Origin: a virus
Taxonomy: Duplodnaviria; Caudoviricetes
Length of the DNA stretch: 57,368 bases
Virus record (IMG/VR): IMGVR_UViG_3300044993_000663
Span: 1-57,368 of that record
Reading direction: 5' to 3' (one strand)
Part shown: positions 28,201 to 38,420 of the stretch, piece after piece
Layout of the letters: each line of letters begins with the position of its first letter
Position numbering within the stretch: the first letter of the stretch is position 1
Position numbers and translations under genes: made by a program
The notes under the pieces: model-generated
Databases searched by the model: none
Seen by the model: the letters and a program-made list of their open reading frames with translations, nothing else
What the model was told of the DNA's origin: nothing

Positions 28201-31200
28201 CTCATCAGCACGTTGCCGGTCGTCGCCTCGTACGCCGATTGATTCTCGGCCATGACAACGTCGCCGGTGACGTTCAGCACATCCGCGTAGGAGGCGTCAT
28301 CGTCCTTGGCGAGCTCAAACTCATGGGTCGCTCGGCCCAGGCGGTCGTAGCGGTACTTGACCAGCCGCTCGCCGCGCTGCTTGACGATGCGCCCGACGGC
28401 GTCGTACCACGTCAGCGACGTCAGACTATCGAGGTCCTGTCCCAGGTCTTGTCCGGCGACCTGCCCGATGTTGTGGCGGACCTTCTTGAATTGGCGACCC
28501 TGCTCGTCATAAAAGAACTCCGCCAGCGCCAGCCGGTGCGAGTTCTGCCCGTTGAAGGTCCGGGGTGTGTAAGCAGAATCCTCATAAGGATAACGTCCCT
28601 GCTGGTCGGGGGTGATCAGCTCGTCGATGTTGTCGTAGAGGCCGACAGCTGTCACCCGCCCCAGGTTGTCTCGCTCGTAGAAGACGTGTGGGGATAATTT
28701 GCGGGACACGACGACGTTCCGGCCGCGGGCATCGCGGAAAATGCGGTTGGGCGTACCGGGCCCAAGCTCAGCGACAACCACGACACAGTCGGACGACGAC
28801 ACGTCTCCCTCGCCGGTGCCGCCACCCCCATCACCGCCGCCACCATCGCCGTCATACGTGCCCACCCAGATCAGTTGCATATTGTTGGGCAGGAAGCCTC
28901 CGCCCTCGGAGTCGTCTGTGCCGACATACTTCTTGATCGGCAGGCCCCTGGGGTCGAATTCGCTGCGCACGATAGTTCCCGATGGCTGGGTGATGCGGAA
29001 CAGACGCCCCATCGGGTCGTAGTCGTTCTTCGTGCGGTCGTAGTTGGTCCCATGCGCGCCGACGCCAGACGCGGGAATATCGAAGTATGTGCGGGTCTCC
29101 TCGGCGCGCACGCCGGGCTTGTTGCGGACCGTCGTGGTCAGCCGCTCGAGTGACCCCACCTCTGCCGAGAACGCCGCGATCGGGTCGTCTATGGGGGAGT
29201 TCGGGTTTGTTTGCACCCAGAACGAGAGAGGCCAGGTGGTCTGGTTATTCGGAAGTCCAACCGTGGCCTCGAACTCGGCATGGTTCTCGCCGTTGAAGAC
29301 CGTGTATTGGGCGGGCCCCCACGCAGTGCCGGTGCTCGACTCCCACTTGGGCACCGAGAGCGTGACTCCGCGGGCGTCGTCAAGCCGGGTGTAGTACTGC
29401 CTGGTGACGCGGCCGCTGGGCAGAGTTGTCGTGTCGTTTCGTCCCTGGGCGTCGTAGCCGTATCGCGTGACGAGATTGAAGCCGCTGGTGACCGAGGAGA
29501 TGCCCCACACGGTGCCGGGGTTGTCCGCGGATGCGATATCGCTGGAGTTGGTGTTGGCGTCGTCAATGCGGAGCGAGATCAACCCGCCCTCAACACGCGT
29601 GTAGGTCAGGATGCCGTCGCGTTCGCGCCGGAACGCCAGCGTCCCGTCGGAGCGGAGATAGTCGATGGTCGTGTCCCGGGCCGTGCCGCCCGGGCCGTTG
29701 TTGGCGACGGAGACGACAGGCAGGCGGGTCTCGATGGACTTGGGGGCCAGCGAGGCCTCGCCGGAATGGAACGAGTACACGTAGTCCGTGGTGTTCACGC
29801 CGCTGGTCGGGCTGGTCGTGGTGTACTGGCTGCGCGCGGCGACGAAGGGGCGGAGCACCGAGTAGTCGGCCGACACCGCTTTGGATGCGGATGTGTACGT
29901 CACGGTCCATTCGGCGTACTCGTTCTGGGCGCTGTCCCCCTCCATCCAGAGACGCGACTGGAGCAGCCCCTTGAGGGCTCCCGAAGCCACGCGCTGGAAC
30001 CGGACCACCAACCCGCGATCGGCGATGGGTGTAAATGCTCCCGACGCGTGGTCGTAGCGGGTCGTCTGGTCGTCGCGCAGGTTGCGCGGCGAGTGCCAGC
30101 GGTCCAGCATGCCGTCGGTGTCACGCTCGATGTAGAAGGACCAGCGCTTGTCGGGGTACTGCGGATCGCCCGAAGTGAGCACGCGGGAGAGCGGCTGCCC
30201 GGCCTCATCGAAGTACTGCACCGTGTACGCGCCGGCGTGGGTTCCGCTCGTGACCGGAGGAGTCACAACCGTGCGCGTGCACCAGTCGTTCTGGTAGCCG
30301 GAAGTCTGCCTCGGGTCGGTGCTGTTGTCGGAATAAGCGTAGCTGTATGTCCCGCTGACACCGCCGCTGCAGCCGCATTCGCCGTTGAACCAGGCGGACT
30401 TGAGGCGGCCCGTGTTCTCCTCGTATTCAGACAGGCCGGCCAGCGCGTAGGGATTCAGCGCCTCGTAGGTCGCGCCGGTGAATCCATCATCGAAGACCTT
30501 CTGCGGCTGCTGACCGGGGTCGTTCCAGTCGAACCGCCGTGTCCCCTCCGGACCGACGACCAACCGCAGTTGGTGCGGGTAGCCCGGATTGGACGTGGCG
30601 TTGTATGTTCCCTTCCAGTAACGGTAATAGGTGACCTTCCTCAGGCTCTGCGAGGAGTCGCTCAGAGGCGTGACGGTTGAAACCAGCTTGAGGTCGCCCG
30701 GGCTACCGTGGGCGATGTCCGCGTCGGCGCTGGCGTAATAGGTGTAGTCGACGCGGCCGATCTCGGTCCACGACCCGCTGTTCACCTCGGCCTTGACCTG
30801 CGTCAGCCGCTTGACCGAGTCGAGCGTCTGGTAGGTATAGGAATACCGCCGACCATCGGCGTCGAAGGCGACCGCGATCCGGCCATCGGCGTCGTAGCCG
30901 GCCGAGATCGCCTGGGACTTGGTCGTGCTTCCCACGTACGCGGCCGCGCCGGCCGGATCGGTCATGGTCCAGAGCTGCCCCTGCGCCGGCGCCGACGCGC
31001 TGTCGAAGCCGAAGAAAACAACCCGGTTGCCGACCTGGTCGTGGTAGGTGTACGTATCGGGGCCGTTGGCGTCGGCCTCGAAGGTGACCGCGCCCGCGGC
31101 GCCGTTGACGCCGCGGAACGAGCTCGTCGGGTTGCCTCCCGACATGACGCGGCGGAACTCCAGGAACCGATCCGCGCCGTAGACCAGGTACACCATGTCC

Positions 31201-31676
31201 TGACTGTCGTCCGTGTTGTCCACAAAGACGATCTCGGGCTGCGACGACTGCGCCCAATTCCACCCCTGATAGCCGTTGCTGTCGGTGCGCCCGCTTCCGT
31301 TCGTCTGGACCGGGTTGTACGTGCGCCCGATGACCCACGGGATGCCAGTCGATGGGAACGACAGGTCTACTTCGTCGATCTCGTAGGCCCCGACGTCGAG
31401 CCGCATGTCGCCCTGCCGGAGATTGCTGTTCCAATCCTCCGGGAACGGATTGGCGGCGATGTGCCAGCCGAATGGCGAAGGCGCCCGCTCCGTGCCGTCG
31501 ATGTTGACGCCGCGGTGGAGAAACGCCGGACGCAGCCCCTGCACCGGCGTTCCACCGGAGGGCAGGTACGTCGTCAATGATGGGCTGCTGACCTCCAGGA
31601 GATTCTGGCCGCACACAGGGATCGCGGTCAGGAGGCTGGCGGCGATGACGGAGAGAGCGGCGGCTGTAGGTCGCAT
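25227..31676 (-). CDS. Rhs/YD-repeat polymorphic toxin with signal peptide, dockerin/EF-hand insert and C-terminal toxin tip
   Basis: Signal peptide MRPTAAALSVIAASLLTAIPVCG; many YD repeats; core end RFLNRDP...NLYEYV...VDPFGL; tip with RWDRPHHGKP. Confidence 0.92.
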   Translation of the reverse strand: MRPTAAALSVIAASLLTAIPVCGQNLLEVSSPSLTTYLPSGGTPVQGLRPAFLHRGVNIDGTERAPSPFGWHIAANPFPEDWNSNLRQGDMRLDVGAYEIDEVDLSFPSTGIPWVIGRTYNPVQTNGSGRTDSNGYQGWNWAQSSQPEIVFVDNTDDSQDMVYLVYGADRFLEFRRVMSGGNPTSSFRGVNGAAGAVTFEADANGPDTYTYHDQVGNRVVFFGFDSASAPAQGQLWTMTDPAGAAAYVGSTTKSQAISAGYDADGRIAVAFDADGRRYSYTYQTLDSVKRLTQVKAEVNSGSWTEIGRVDYTYYASADADIAHGSPGDLKLVSTVTPLSDSSQSLRKVTYYRYWKGTYNATSNPGYPHQLRLVVGPEGTRRFDWNDPGQQPQKVFDDGFTGATYEALNPYALAGLSEYEENTGRLKSAWFNGECGCSGGVSGTYSYAYSDNSTDPRQTSGYQNDWCTRTVVTPPVTSGTHAGAYTVQYFDEAGQPLSRVLTSGDPQYPDKRWSFYIERDTDGMLDRWHSPRNLRDDQTTRYDHASGAFTPIADRGLVVRFQRVASGALKGLLQSRLWMEGDSAQNEYAEWTVTYTSASKAVSADYSVLRPFVAARSQYTTTSPTSGVNTTDYVYSFHSGEASLAPKSIETRLPVVSVANNGPGGTARDTTIDYLRSDGTLAFRRERDGILTYTRVEGGLISLRIDDANTNSSDIASADNPGTVWGISSVTSGFNLVTRYGYDAQGRNDTTTLPSGRVTRQYYTRLDDARGVTLSVPKWESSTGTAWGPAQYTVFNGENHAEFEATVGLPNNQTTWPLSFWVQTNPNSPIDDPIAAFSAEVGSLERLTTTVRNKPGVRAEETRTYFDIPASGVGAHGTNYDRTKNDYDPMGRLFRITQPSGTIVRSEFDPRGLPIKKYVGTDDSEGGGFLPNNMQLIWVGTYDGDGGGGDGGGGTGEGDVSSSDCVVVVAELGPGTPNRIFRDARGRNVVVSRKLSPHVFYERDNLGRVTAVGLYDNIDELITPDQQGRYPYEDSAYTPRTFNGQNSHRLALAEFFYDEQGRQFKKVRHNIGQVAGQDLGQDLDSLTSLTWYDAVGRIVKQRGERLVKYRYDRLGRATHEFELAKDDDASYADVLNVTGDVVMAENQSAYEATTGNVLMSVAISRYHADDYRRGGSMTTGPLDLNQDGGTPSLMKLTAADLKGRAQIEARWYDALDRVITVARYGTNGGSTFDRTGLSEPTASSGSALVTKYSYDTAGSLLDLRDAMGRYTRYTYDHAGRTIKSVENYVDGSPGPNDEDRTTEYVYTNTLLTQQIARVPGGTDQVTTYTYGTNTLGFDPSEVATGHLLSKVEYPDKADATDVVTMLYNRQGRVKQMTDQAGNVIAFEYDEAFRIAERYVATYATDFDSSVKSILTSYNALGQLQTVTQKDASYAVLNQVKFLYDGWGNVLKTQQDHDSAIGGTHLYEVAFAYAKAAAAGTRQTVRRTGITLPDGTPVGFDYLVGGGSPEAASIVNDQFSRVRRVTVGSTPTPVAKYEYLGEGQLVGVEYPQPGIVSERFNATLGQYPGLDAFDRPIADTWASKVGASEIWHEKITYDYNSNVDRIVDEVLSGHDVDFTMDGLDRLTKAEEGTWSGSAIINRTRQEIWTLTQTGNWANHKLDRNGNNVFTDSGDLDETGTFNAANEVTQRDLWSNGQQIKTPTHDRVGNMTDDGEAFKYIYDPFGRLTKVVKRTNPSLVVAQYTYDGLGQLIAARSDTNGNGSLTDEPTERYVYDARWRIVAVYITNSAGTSTVIKERYVRHNAGLDGLGGASYIDDIILRDRDVTGPPTLEERVYYCQNAHHDVSALVDAGGTVLERVKYWSYGMPRAYPRIDADWDGDGKVTKDDLDAYTAAWENADPKCDLNGDGDVNEKDLALFEEAWKNGWTVTDGLSIVTGNRFGYTGHLWDKYTRKYHARHRVYDAARGRFLNRDPMEYAAGSVNLYEYVLGLPTGLVDPFGLHPYDGLSPGDRWVPGIGLVPRGMTPPPPPPPAKPTPGIIDTIVRCIGPDCVLNCTGGPQHIPGIDEGPTQDVIVLCCDVVSIAAPCGATLRVVTCGGKALRAMKETSVIVKTTRIDRIRKWIRWDRPHHGKPAQWDGIIPKKIRDWFFGVE

Positions 31677-31915
31677 GGAGCGGTTCCGGTGGGGCCAAAC
31701 GGTGGTCAGGAACGAACGACCGGGGGCGTAGCATACCAAAGTCCTGGTGGCCGCGTCCGTCGGATGGGCCGGCGGACCCGATCCTTGCCAAATCTTCTCG
31801 TCGGGTCTACGACCCGCGGCACGCACGGCGCCGGCCCCTCTGTTACAATCCACGGCAGACGAGTCCGGTCCCGGCCAACCAGGAATCCAGAGCACCCGGA
31901 GAATGCGAGGAACTT

Positions 31916-32614
31916 ATGCGGTGGATGCTGTTCATGCTCTCTGTCGCGGCGATGCTGGCCTCCTTGGTAGGCCTCGCCAGCGCCCATGCGGCCCGTGCTC
32001 GCCCCGCTGCGATGGTGATCCCGACCACGATCAGCCCAGCCGTCGCGCTCCCCCGGACGGGCATCGACGTCGAAAAACTGCTGGCCGCCGGTGTCCAACC
32101 GGTCCAGTTCGAGGGGATTGTCAACGCGTCCCGCGATTACCTCGCCGAAAACGAAGCCCGGTGGCAAGCCGCTGACCAGGCTCTGTCGGACTCGCGAGAG
32201 GCCCTGGAACTGGCGGTGCAGGAGGGGGAACCGGCAAACATCGAGGCCGCTCGCGCACTTCTTGCGCAGCGAGAGGCTGCTCGGGCTCAAGTTCAGAACG
32301 AGCTCTTTACGGTGGTCTCCGGGCTTTTGGACGCAGCGGTCGGCGCCCGCCTCGGGCGCGTTCGGGCCAACCTGGACCAGTGGCCGCTGCCGACAAAGTA
32401 CCTCGTTAGGGACCGGACCGAAGCCGAGTGGATCGGTCTACGAGATTCTTTGGCGGAGGTTGCCGAGGCCCAATCGGCGCAGCGGAGCGCCAACCCCGAT
32501 GCGCTTTCGGTTGTCGCGGCGGCCGATTCAGACCCAGAGACTGTGGCCGCGGCGGCCGCGCTGCAGGAGATTGCTGCGGCTCGCCTGGCGTGGCGAAATG
32601 CCATGCAGCAGTAA
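31916..32614 (+). CDS. Exported helical hypothetical protein heading the T2SS-like operon
   Basis: Signal peptide ending ASAHA; divergent from Rhs. Confidence 0.7.
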   Translation: MRWMLFMLSVAAMLASLVGLASAHAARARPAAMVIPTTISPAVALPRTGIDVEKLLAAGVQPVQFEGIVNASRDYLAENEARWQAADQALSDSREALELAVQEGEPANIEAARALLAQREAARAQVQNELFTVVSGLLDAAVGARLGRVRANLDQWPLPTKYLVRDRTEAEWIGLRDSLAEVAEAQSAQRSANPDALSVVAAADSDPETVAAAAALQEIAAARLAWRNAMQQ

Positions 32615-32685
32615 GAGAGGGGTTGAGGCTTCGGGCCCTGGCGGGCCCTGAGTGAGACGGTCGCCGGGGTTGGTACGATGCCGTA

Positions 32686-34890
32686 ATGCAGCTCTTGGCC
32701 CCACAACGCGTCTTCCTTGCCGCCTCGGTGCTTGTGCTCAGCGCGGCGGCCCGGACCATCGCGCAGTTGAACGATGTCACCCTACCGGACACCATAAAGC
32801 TCTCTCGGCTCGTGGATGTCGCAGCAGAAGTGTCCGGACAGGCGTACAGCTACAACCCGGCCGACCTGGAAACCACGGTGACGGTTCGGGTCCCCGGCGG
32901 CTTCACGCGCGAGCAGATCCCGGCGCTGCTGAGTCACGTTCTGGCCTCGCGCGGGTTCACGACCGTCCGCACGCCGGGGAGTCCCCTGCTCTCGGTCGTC
33001 AAAATCGACCAGGCCGCCGGGATGGCGACTACGGCAGAGGGGGCCGCGGGTGGTGGGGCGGGGTTCGTCACGCAGGTCTTCGAGGCGCGGCATCTGCCCG
33101 CCAAGGCCTTGGCTGAAGCGGCGAGAAGCCTGCTCAGCAAGCCCGGTGGGACGGCCAACGTCGTCGGGGACAGCAACCTGGTCGCCGTCAGCGACCTGAT
33201 CGCCCGCGTCGAGGAGGTTCGCGCGCTCATCGCCCGCCTAGACAAGCCGGACGCGACGGTCGTGCGGGAGGTTGCCCTACGGCACCTCTCGGCGCAGCAG
33301 GCCGTGGCATCCATCGCCCAGGTCGCCGCCAAACGCGAGTCCGCGGGCGGACGGAAACTCGCCGGCGACGTTGTAGCCGGGTCGGACGGGCAGAGCCTTC
33401 TGCTCGTGTGCGCCCCCGAACAGGAGGAGGCATGGCGGGGGCTGATCGCCGCTGTGGATCGTCGCGAGCCTGTCGAGACACGGACGTACTCGCCGCGGTA
33501 CTTCCCGGCCCGGGATGTGGCCAAGCTCGCCGAATCTGCTGGGCAGGCGGGCGGGGCTCCCGCGGTTGATGATCGTTTCCGCGTGGTGGTTGATGATCTC
33601 ACGGGCAGCCTGCTCGTGACCGCCACGTCGCCTCAGCACGAGCGGGTCGCGGCGCTGATGGAGCGGCTCGACTCAACGCCCGCGGCCGCTCGCCGTCCAG
33701 TGCGTTCATTTGTGATCAAGAACCGTCCCGTGTCCGAGGTGAAGTCCATCATCGAGGAGCTCGCCCGAACGGGCGTGCTCCAGGCTGGAGCCGAGCAGCC
33801 CACAGGCCCCGCTCCAGCCGCCGCGGCAGGTGACCGCGGGGGCGGGGCGGCCGTGATCCAGCTCCCGCCGCCCCCGGTCGCAAGCGGCACTTCTCCGACA
33901 GCCGCTTCGGGAGCGTCATCCCCGACGCTCCGGAAGTCTCCCCCAGGGCCCGGCGCGGGCGAGCCGGCGCTCAGTCTCACAATTGACGAAGGAACCAACA
34001 CGCTCATCGCCGTGGGCGAACCCCGACTGCTCTCGCAGATCGAGGGGCTCCTGCGGACGCTCGACGTCCGGCAGCCGCAGGTCATGCTGGAAGTCTTGAT
34101 GGTCACGCTGACGGACAACCAGTCGCGCGACCTCGGGGTGGAACTGGAAAAGCTTCGGATCACCGACGACCTGTTCATCCGGCTGTCGTCCCTGTTTGGG
34201 CTGGGGACTCGGAACGCCGCCGGGGATCGGACCGCCGGCGACGCGTCGGGGTTCACGGGCGTGGTGCTCAGCCCCGGCGACTTCTCCGTTGTGATCCGCG
34301 CTTTGGAAACCCTCAACAAGGGCCGCTCCGTGAGCATGCCCAAGCTGCTGGTGGGGAACAACCAGCAGGCCAGCCTTGACTCGGTCGTGCAGCAGCCGTA
34401 CGCCAGCGTGAACGCGACCAACACGATCTCGACGACCTCATTTGGGGGCACGCAGGATGCGGGCACGGTCGTGACCATCAAGCCGCAGATCGCCGAGGGG
34501 GACCACCTGGTCCTGGAGTACTCGGTTTCGCTGAGCTCGTTCCTGGGCGCGGCGTCGAGCCCGACGCTCCCTCCGGCCAAGCAGCAGAACCGCGTGCAAA
34601 GCGTGGCGACGATCCCCGATGGCTCGACGGTCGTCGTCGGCGGCATCGACCTCGAGAGCGAATCCAAGACCACGTCCCAGGTGCCGTTCCTCGGGGACAT
34701 CCCGCTGCTGGGCGAGGTCTTCAAGAACCGCAACTCCACCAACAACCGCTCGCGCTTCTTCGTGTTCATCCGGGCCAACGTGCTCCGGGGGCGGGGGTTC
34801 GACGACCTGAAGTACCTCTCGATGCACGACATGGAGGCGGCACGCGTCCCCGACGGGTGGCCGGAGGTCGAGCCGAGGTTCATCCGGTGA
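32686..34890 (+). CDS. gspD: Type II secretion secretin (GspD-like)
   Basis: N-domain repeats, LDVRQPQVMLEV, secretin C-terminus VPFLGDIPLLGEVFK. Confidence 0.88.
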   Translation: MQLLAPQRVFLAASVLVLSAAARTIAQLNDVTLPDTIKLSRLVDVAAEVSGQAYSYNPADLETTVTVRVPGGFTREQIPALLSHVLASRGFTTVRTPGSPLLSVVKIDQAAGMATTAEGAAGGGAGFVTQVFEARHLPAKALAEAARSLLSKPGGTANVVGDSNLVAVSDLIARVEEVRALIARLDKPDATVVREVALRHLSAQQAVASIAQVAAKRESAGGRKLAGDVVAGSDGQSLLLVCAPEQEEAWRGLIAAVDRREPVETRTYSPRYFPARDVAKLAESAGQAGGAPAVDDRFRVVVDDLTGSLLVTATSPQHERVAALMERLDSTPAAARRPVRSFVIKNRPVSEVKSIIEELARTGVLQAGAEQPTGPAPAAAAGDRGGGAAVIQLPPPPVASGTSPTAASGASSPTLRKSPPGPGAGEPALSLTIDEGTNTLIAVGEPRLLSQIEGLLRTLDVRQPQVMLEVLMVTLTDNQSRDLGVELEKLRITDDLFIRLSSLFGLGTRNAAGDRTAGDASGFTGVVLSPGDFSVVIRALETLNKGRSVSMPKLLVGNNQQASLDSVVQQPYASVNATNTISTTSFGGTQDAGTVVTIKPQIAEGDHLVLEYSVSLSSFLGAASSPTLPPAKQQNRVQSVATIPDGSTVVVGGIDLESESKTTSQVPFLGDIPLLGEVFKNRNSTNNRSRFFVFIRANVLRGRGFDDLKYLSMHDMEAARVPDGWPEVEPRFIR

Positions 34891-36524
34891 CGGCGCAGAT
34901 TGCCATCCCGGCAGAGACGGAAGCGGCTCTCCGCGAGCCCAAGGTACTTGTTGATCGCGAGGTCAACGCCGCAACCGCCGCCTGGACGACCGCCCGTGCC
35001 CCCAGCCCGGAGTTCCTGTCCCGCGTGAATCACGACTTTGCGCGGCGACACCTCGTCCTGAGCGAGGGGTGTGTGGAGGGTGTCGAGCGCCTGGTCGCCG
35101 CTGAAGGCGCCAAGCCGGGGGTGGTCTTCAACATTGGCGTGCTCCTCAAACGACCAGTCCATGTGCGCCAAGCCACGGCGGAGGCGATCGCCGCCGCGAT
35201 CGACCGCGCCTACGCCGGGGCGGCCGGTGCCGCAATCAGCGCAGCCGAGTCCGATGTGCCCACTGTGGTGGTCGAGGGATCGGGCAATGTTGAGACCGAC
35301 CTCGATACGGCCGTTCGCGAGGCCGAGCGGGACCTGCTGGCGACGGCAGGCAAAGCCCCCGCGGTGCGCCTGGTCGACCTCATTCTCTTCGAGGCCCTGC
35401 TCCGCAGCGCCAGCGACGTGCATGTGCAGCCCGTCCGCGACCGGACGCTGGTGCGGTACCGCCTGGACGGGGCGCTGCACACGGTGCGAGAGCTCCCCGC
35501 GTCGCTGGCCAGCAGCGTCGTGAGCCGGATCAAGGTCATGGCGCGGCTGGACGTGGCCGAACGCCGGGCGCCGCAGGACGGGCGGGCGACCGTCACCATC
35601 GGCGGTGCCGGCGGAGCCCAGATGGGCCGGCGCGTGGACCTGCGCATCAGCACGCTCCCGAGCACCTACGGAGAGCGCGTTGTGCTGCGACTGCTCGATC
35701 CGTCCCGCTCCCCGCACCTGCTCAACTTCGCCGCGCTGGGCATGCCCCCGGAGGTCGAGCGCCGGTTCCTGGCGCAGGTCAGCCGCACCAGCGGGATCGT
35801 GCTCTCGACCGGCCCAACCGGGAGCGGCAAGACCACGACGCTCTACGCGACGCTGGCCTGGCTGAGCATGACCAATGCCGGTAGCCAATCGCGTGGATGC
35901 GAGCTCAACATGATGACGGTGGAGGACCCGGTCGAGTACGACCTCGCCACCGGGGGCAAGGCGGGGCTCTCCATCAGCCAGACCCAGGTGGACCCCAAGA
36001 AGGGCGTGACGTTCGTCTCCGGCCTCAAGCACATCCTGCGGCAGGACCCCGACGTGATCATGGTCGGCGAGGTGCGGGACGAGGAGACCGCCCGCATCGC
36101 CGTCCAGGCGTCCCTCACCGGGCACCTAGTCCTCAGCACGCTGCACACCAACGACGCGGCCAGCGCGGTGGCGCGGCTGCTGGACCTGGGCGTCGAGCCG
36201 TTCCTGGTGAGTTCCTCGCTCTCGGCGGTGCTCGCGCAACGCCTGCTGCGGACTAGGCATGGAGCGTGCGAGGGAGCGGGCTGCCCGGAGTGCCTGGGCA
36301 CCGGGTTCAAGGGCCGTACGGGCGTGTTCGAGCTGCTCGTGCTCGACGGGCCTATCCGCGAGATGGTCGGTCGCCGCGCCTCGGCCCTCGATATCAAGGC
36401 AGCGGCCCAGCGCGCGGGCATGGTCACGCTCCGCGAGGCCGGCGAGCGCCTCGCCGACGCTGGGCTCACCACGCGCGAGGAAGTCAGCCGTGTCATCGAC
36501 GCACTCGACGAGGTGGAGACATGA
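34887..36524 (+). CDS. gspE: GspE/PilB-family secretion ATPase
   Basis: ASDVHVQP, PQDGR, TGPTGSGKTTTLY, TVEDPVEY, LRQDPDVIMVGEVRD, TGHLVLSTLHTN, CEGAGCPEC. Confidence 0.93.
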   Translation: MTAQIAIPAETEAALREPKVLVDREVNAATAAWTTARAPSPEFLSRVNHDFARRHLVLSEGCVEGVERLVAAEGAKPGVVFNIGVLLKRPVHVRQATAEAIAAAIDRAYAGAAGAAISAAESDVPTVVVEGSGNVETDLDTAVREAERDLLATAGKAPAVRLVDLILFEALLRSASDVHVQPVRDRTLVRYRLDGALHTVRELPASLASSVVSRIKVMARLDVAERRAPQDGRATVTIGGAGGAQMGRRVDLRISTLPSTYGERVVLRLLDPSRSPHLLNFAALGMPPEVERRFLAQVSRTSGIVLSTGPTGSGKTTTLYATLAWLSMTNAGSQSRGCELNMMTVEDPVEYDLATGGKAGLSISQTQVDPKKGVTFVSGLKHILRQDPDVIMVGEVRDEETARIAVQASLTGHLVLSTLHTNDAASAVARLLDLGVEPFLVSSSLSAVLAQRLLRTRHGACEGAGCPECLGTGFKGRTGVFELLVLDGPIREMVGRRASALDIKAAAQRAGMVTLREAGERLADAGLTTREEVSRVIDALDEVET

Positions 36525-37060
36525 CCGCCCCCGCGACTCCCACGAGCATCCCCTCAGCTCCTGCTCTCACGGGCGGCAGGTCCGCCGCTCTCGGGGCGAA
36601 GCAGGGCCGCCAATCCATCGGGCGCGTCCTCGCGCTCGTGTGCGTTGCCGTCTGCGGCGTGTGGGCGTTTATGCCTCTGGGCCCAGCGCAGGTTGACGTT
36701 CCCCAGGTCGGCGTCTCCGCCGCGGGGGCTCGGCCGCCAGCGCCGGCCGCTCTCGACCTGGCCGCGTTCAACGCGCCCCTGTGGGTCGCGCCCGCTCCTC
36801 CGCCCCCGGCGGTCGTGGAGGCACCACCGCTTCCGCCCCCTCCGCTGAGGTGGCAACTGCTGGCGATCCTGCGCGAGGACACCGGCTACAGGGCGCTCGT
36901 GTACGACCCGGACGCCGATAGGTTGATTGTGCTCAAGGAGGGCGATGAGTCCGGCCCGCAGCGGGTCGAGCGCGTGACCGCCACGACGCTGAACGTCCGC
37001 GGCGGCGCTGGTGTTCGTACCCTCGCTCTCCGCGAGGCAGCAGCGGGAGGCCGGCCATGA
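36521..37060 (+). CDS. GspC/PilP-like single-pass membrane protein
   Basis: TM helix, Pro-rich linker, LRWQLLAIL...ALVYD...VLKEGD HR-like domain; 4-bp overlap. Confidence 0.55.
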   Translation: MTAPATPTSIPSAPALTGGRSAALGAKQGRQSIGRVLALVCVAVCGVWAFMPLGPAQVDVPQVGVSAAGARPPAPAALDLAAFNAPLWVAPAPPPPAVVEAPPLPPPPLRWQLLAILREDTGYRALVYDPDADRLIVLKEGDESGPQRVERVTATTLNVRGGAGVRTLALREAAAGGRP

Positions 37061-37884
37061 TGACGGACCTGACATGGCCGGCGGACCGGTTCTACTGGAC
37101 GGTGCTCGACGCGCCGGGGCTGCGCCATAATGGGGAACTGCCGGTTGGCCTGTTACTGCTGCTTCAGGAGGACCTCCCGGTTGAACTGGACACGCTCCAC
37201 GCCGTGGGGGCGACCCTCGCTGACGGCCGCGTGGCGGTCTGCGCCGCCGAACGCTCCGACCTTGACGCCATCCCGGCCGACGCCTTGTCGCTGACACCGG
37301 AATCCCTTCCCCGGTTCCTCGATGGCGAGTGCTTGACGCCCGATCGCTTCAATCTTCTGGTGGGAGCGTTCGAGCCGCGCCCGATCCGTATGGTCCGCAT
37401 CAAGCGCCACGCCTTCGCGGCGGGCACGCTGCTGCTCTGCGGCCTGCTCCTGGCCATCGGGCTGCATCGCCGCGCGTCGCATTGGCGCGAACTCGCCGGC
37501 TCAGCCGACGCGGCGGCGGGACAGGTTGCAGCCGCTGTCGTCCCGACGGGCAGGCCTGTGGACCTGGCCGCCCAGGCGGCGCGCCTCCGCGGCACGCGGG
37601 AGGCCCTGGCCAAGGCCGCTTCCCCGCCGGATGCCTCGCTCTCGCTCGCGAAGGTGCTGCGAGCCTGGCCATCGAGCACCCCGAGCAAGCCGCAATCGAT
37701 CTCGGTCAGCCCCTCTGCCATTGCGATCTCGGTATCGCTTGAGGGGGATCCTGCCGCGTTCCTGAAGGCATTTACAGCGCCTATGGGCTGGGAGATGGAC
37801 GAGCCGCGCCTCAACACCGCGGACAAGCTCACACGCCTGTCGCTTCAGCTCCGTCCGGTCGGGGGGGCGGGAGGAATGCCATGA
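37057..37884 (+). CDS. GspL/PilN-like protein
   Basis: Cytoplasmic domain, FNLL before a single TM helix, periplasmic domain; operon position. Confidence 0.55.
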   Translation: MMTDLTWPADRFYWTVLDAPGLRHNGELPVGLLLLLQEDLPVELDTLHAVGATLADGRVAVCAAERSDLDAIPADALSLTPESLPRFLDGECLTPDRFNLLVGAFEPRPIRMVRIKRHAFAAGTLLLCGLLLAIGLHRRASHWRELAGSADAAAGQVAAAVVPTGRPVDLAAQAARLRGTREALAKAASPPDASLSLAKVLRAWPSSTPSKPQSISVSPSAIAISVSLEGDPAAFLKAFTAPMGWEMDEPRLNTADKLTRLSLQLRPVGGAGGMP

Positions 37885-38420
37885 GTCGCCCGGTCCTGTA
37901 TATATGGATTGGCGCCGTGGTGATCGCCGGAGCCGCCGTGGCGGTCACTGCCCCCACCGCCGCGCGGGCTCGGGACGACGCCGCGGCCGCTCAGGCGTCC
38001 CTGCGGGACGCCGCCCGCAACGCCGAGCTCATTTCCACGCTGCGCACCCAGGCGCCCGATGCCATAACGGGCGACTCGCACGGCGGGCTGACCCCGCGCG
38101 TCACCGCGGCGCTCGAGCGAGCCGGGCTGCCGGCTGGAGCGCTGGCGAGCCTCTCGCCCGAGGCCGAGTCGCAGGTAGTGAGCCAAGCGGGAGTTCGCGT
38201 CTCGCGCCGCCGCGCGACGCTGACGCTCGCGGGCGTGACGCTGCCCGCGGTCGGCCGCTTCCTGGACACATGGCGGGCCGCCGAGCCGGCGTGGACTCCG
38301 ACGAGCATCGACGTTGCTCCCGCCGGCGGGCAGGCTGCCGAGGCTGGGGGGGACCTGCCACTGCGGGCGGTGATCGTGATCGAGTCGGTCGTGGTGCGTC
38401 AGACAGGAGAGCATCGTTGA
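37881..38420 (+). CDS. GspM/PilO-like protein
   Basis: N-terminal TM, coiled coil, ferredoxin-like C-terminus; follows GspL-like gene. Confidence 0.55.
   Translation: MSRPVLYIWIGAVVIAGAAVAVTAPTAARARDDAAAAQASLRDAARNAELISTLRTQAPDAITGDSHGGLTPRVTAALERAGLPAGALASLSPEAESQVVSQAGVRVSRRRATLTLAGVTLPAVGRFLDTWRAAEPAWTPTSIDVAPAGGQAAEAGGDLPLRAVIVIESVVVRQTGEHR

Noticed and set aside
31803-31835. Possible fourth sigma promoter upstream of Rhs (GGTCTACGA...)
   Set aside because: Only a partial -10 match, and no GTGGCGTG box at the 14-nt spacing
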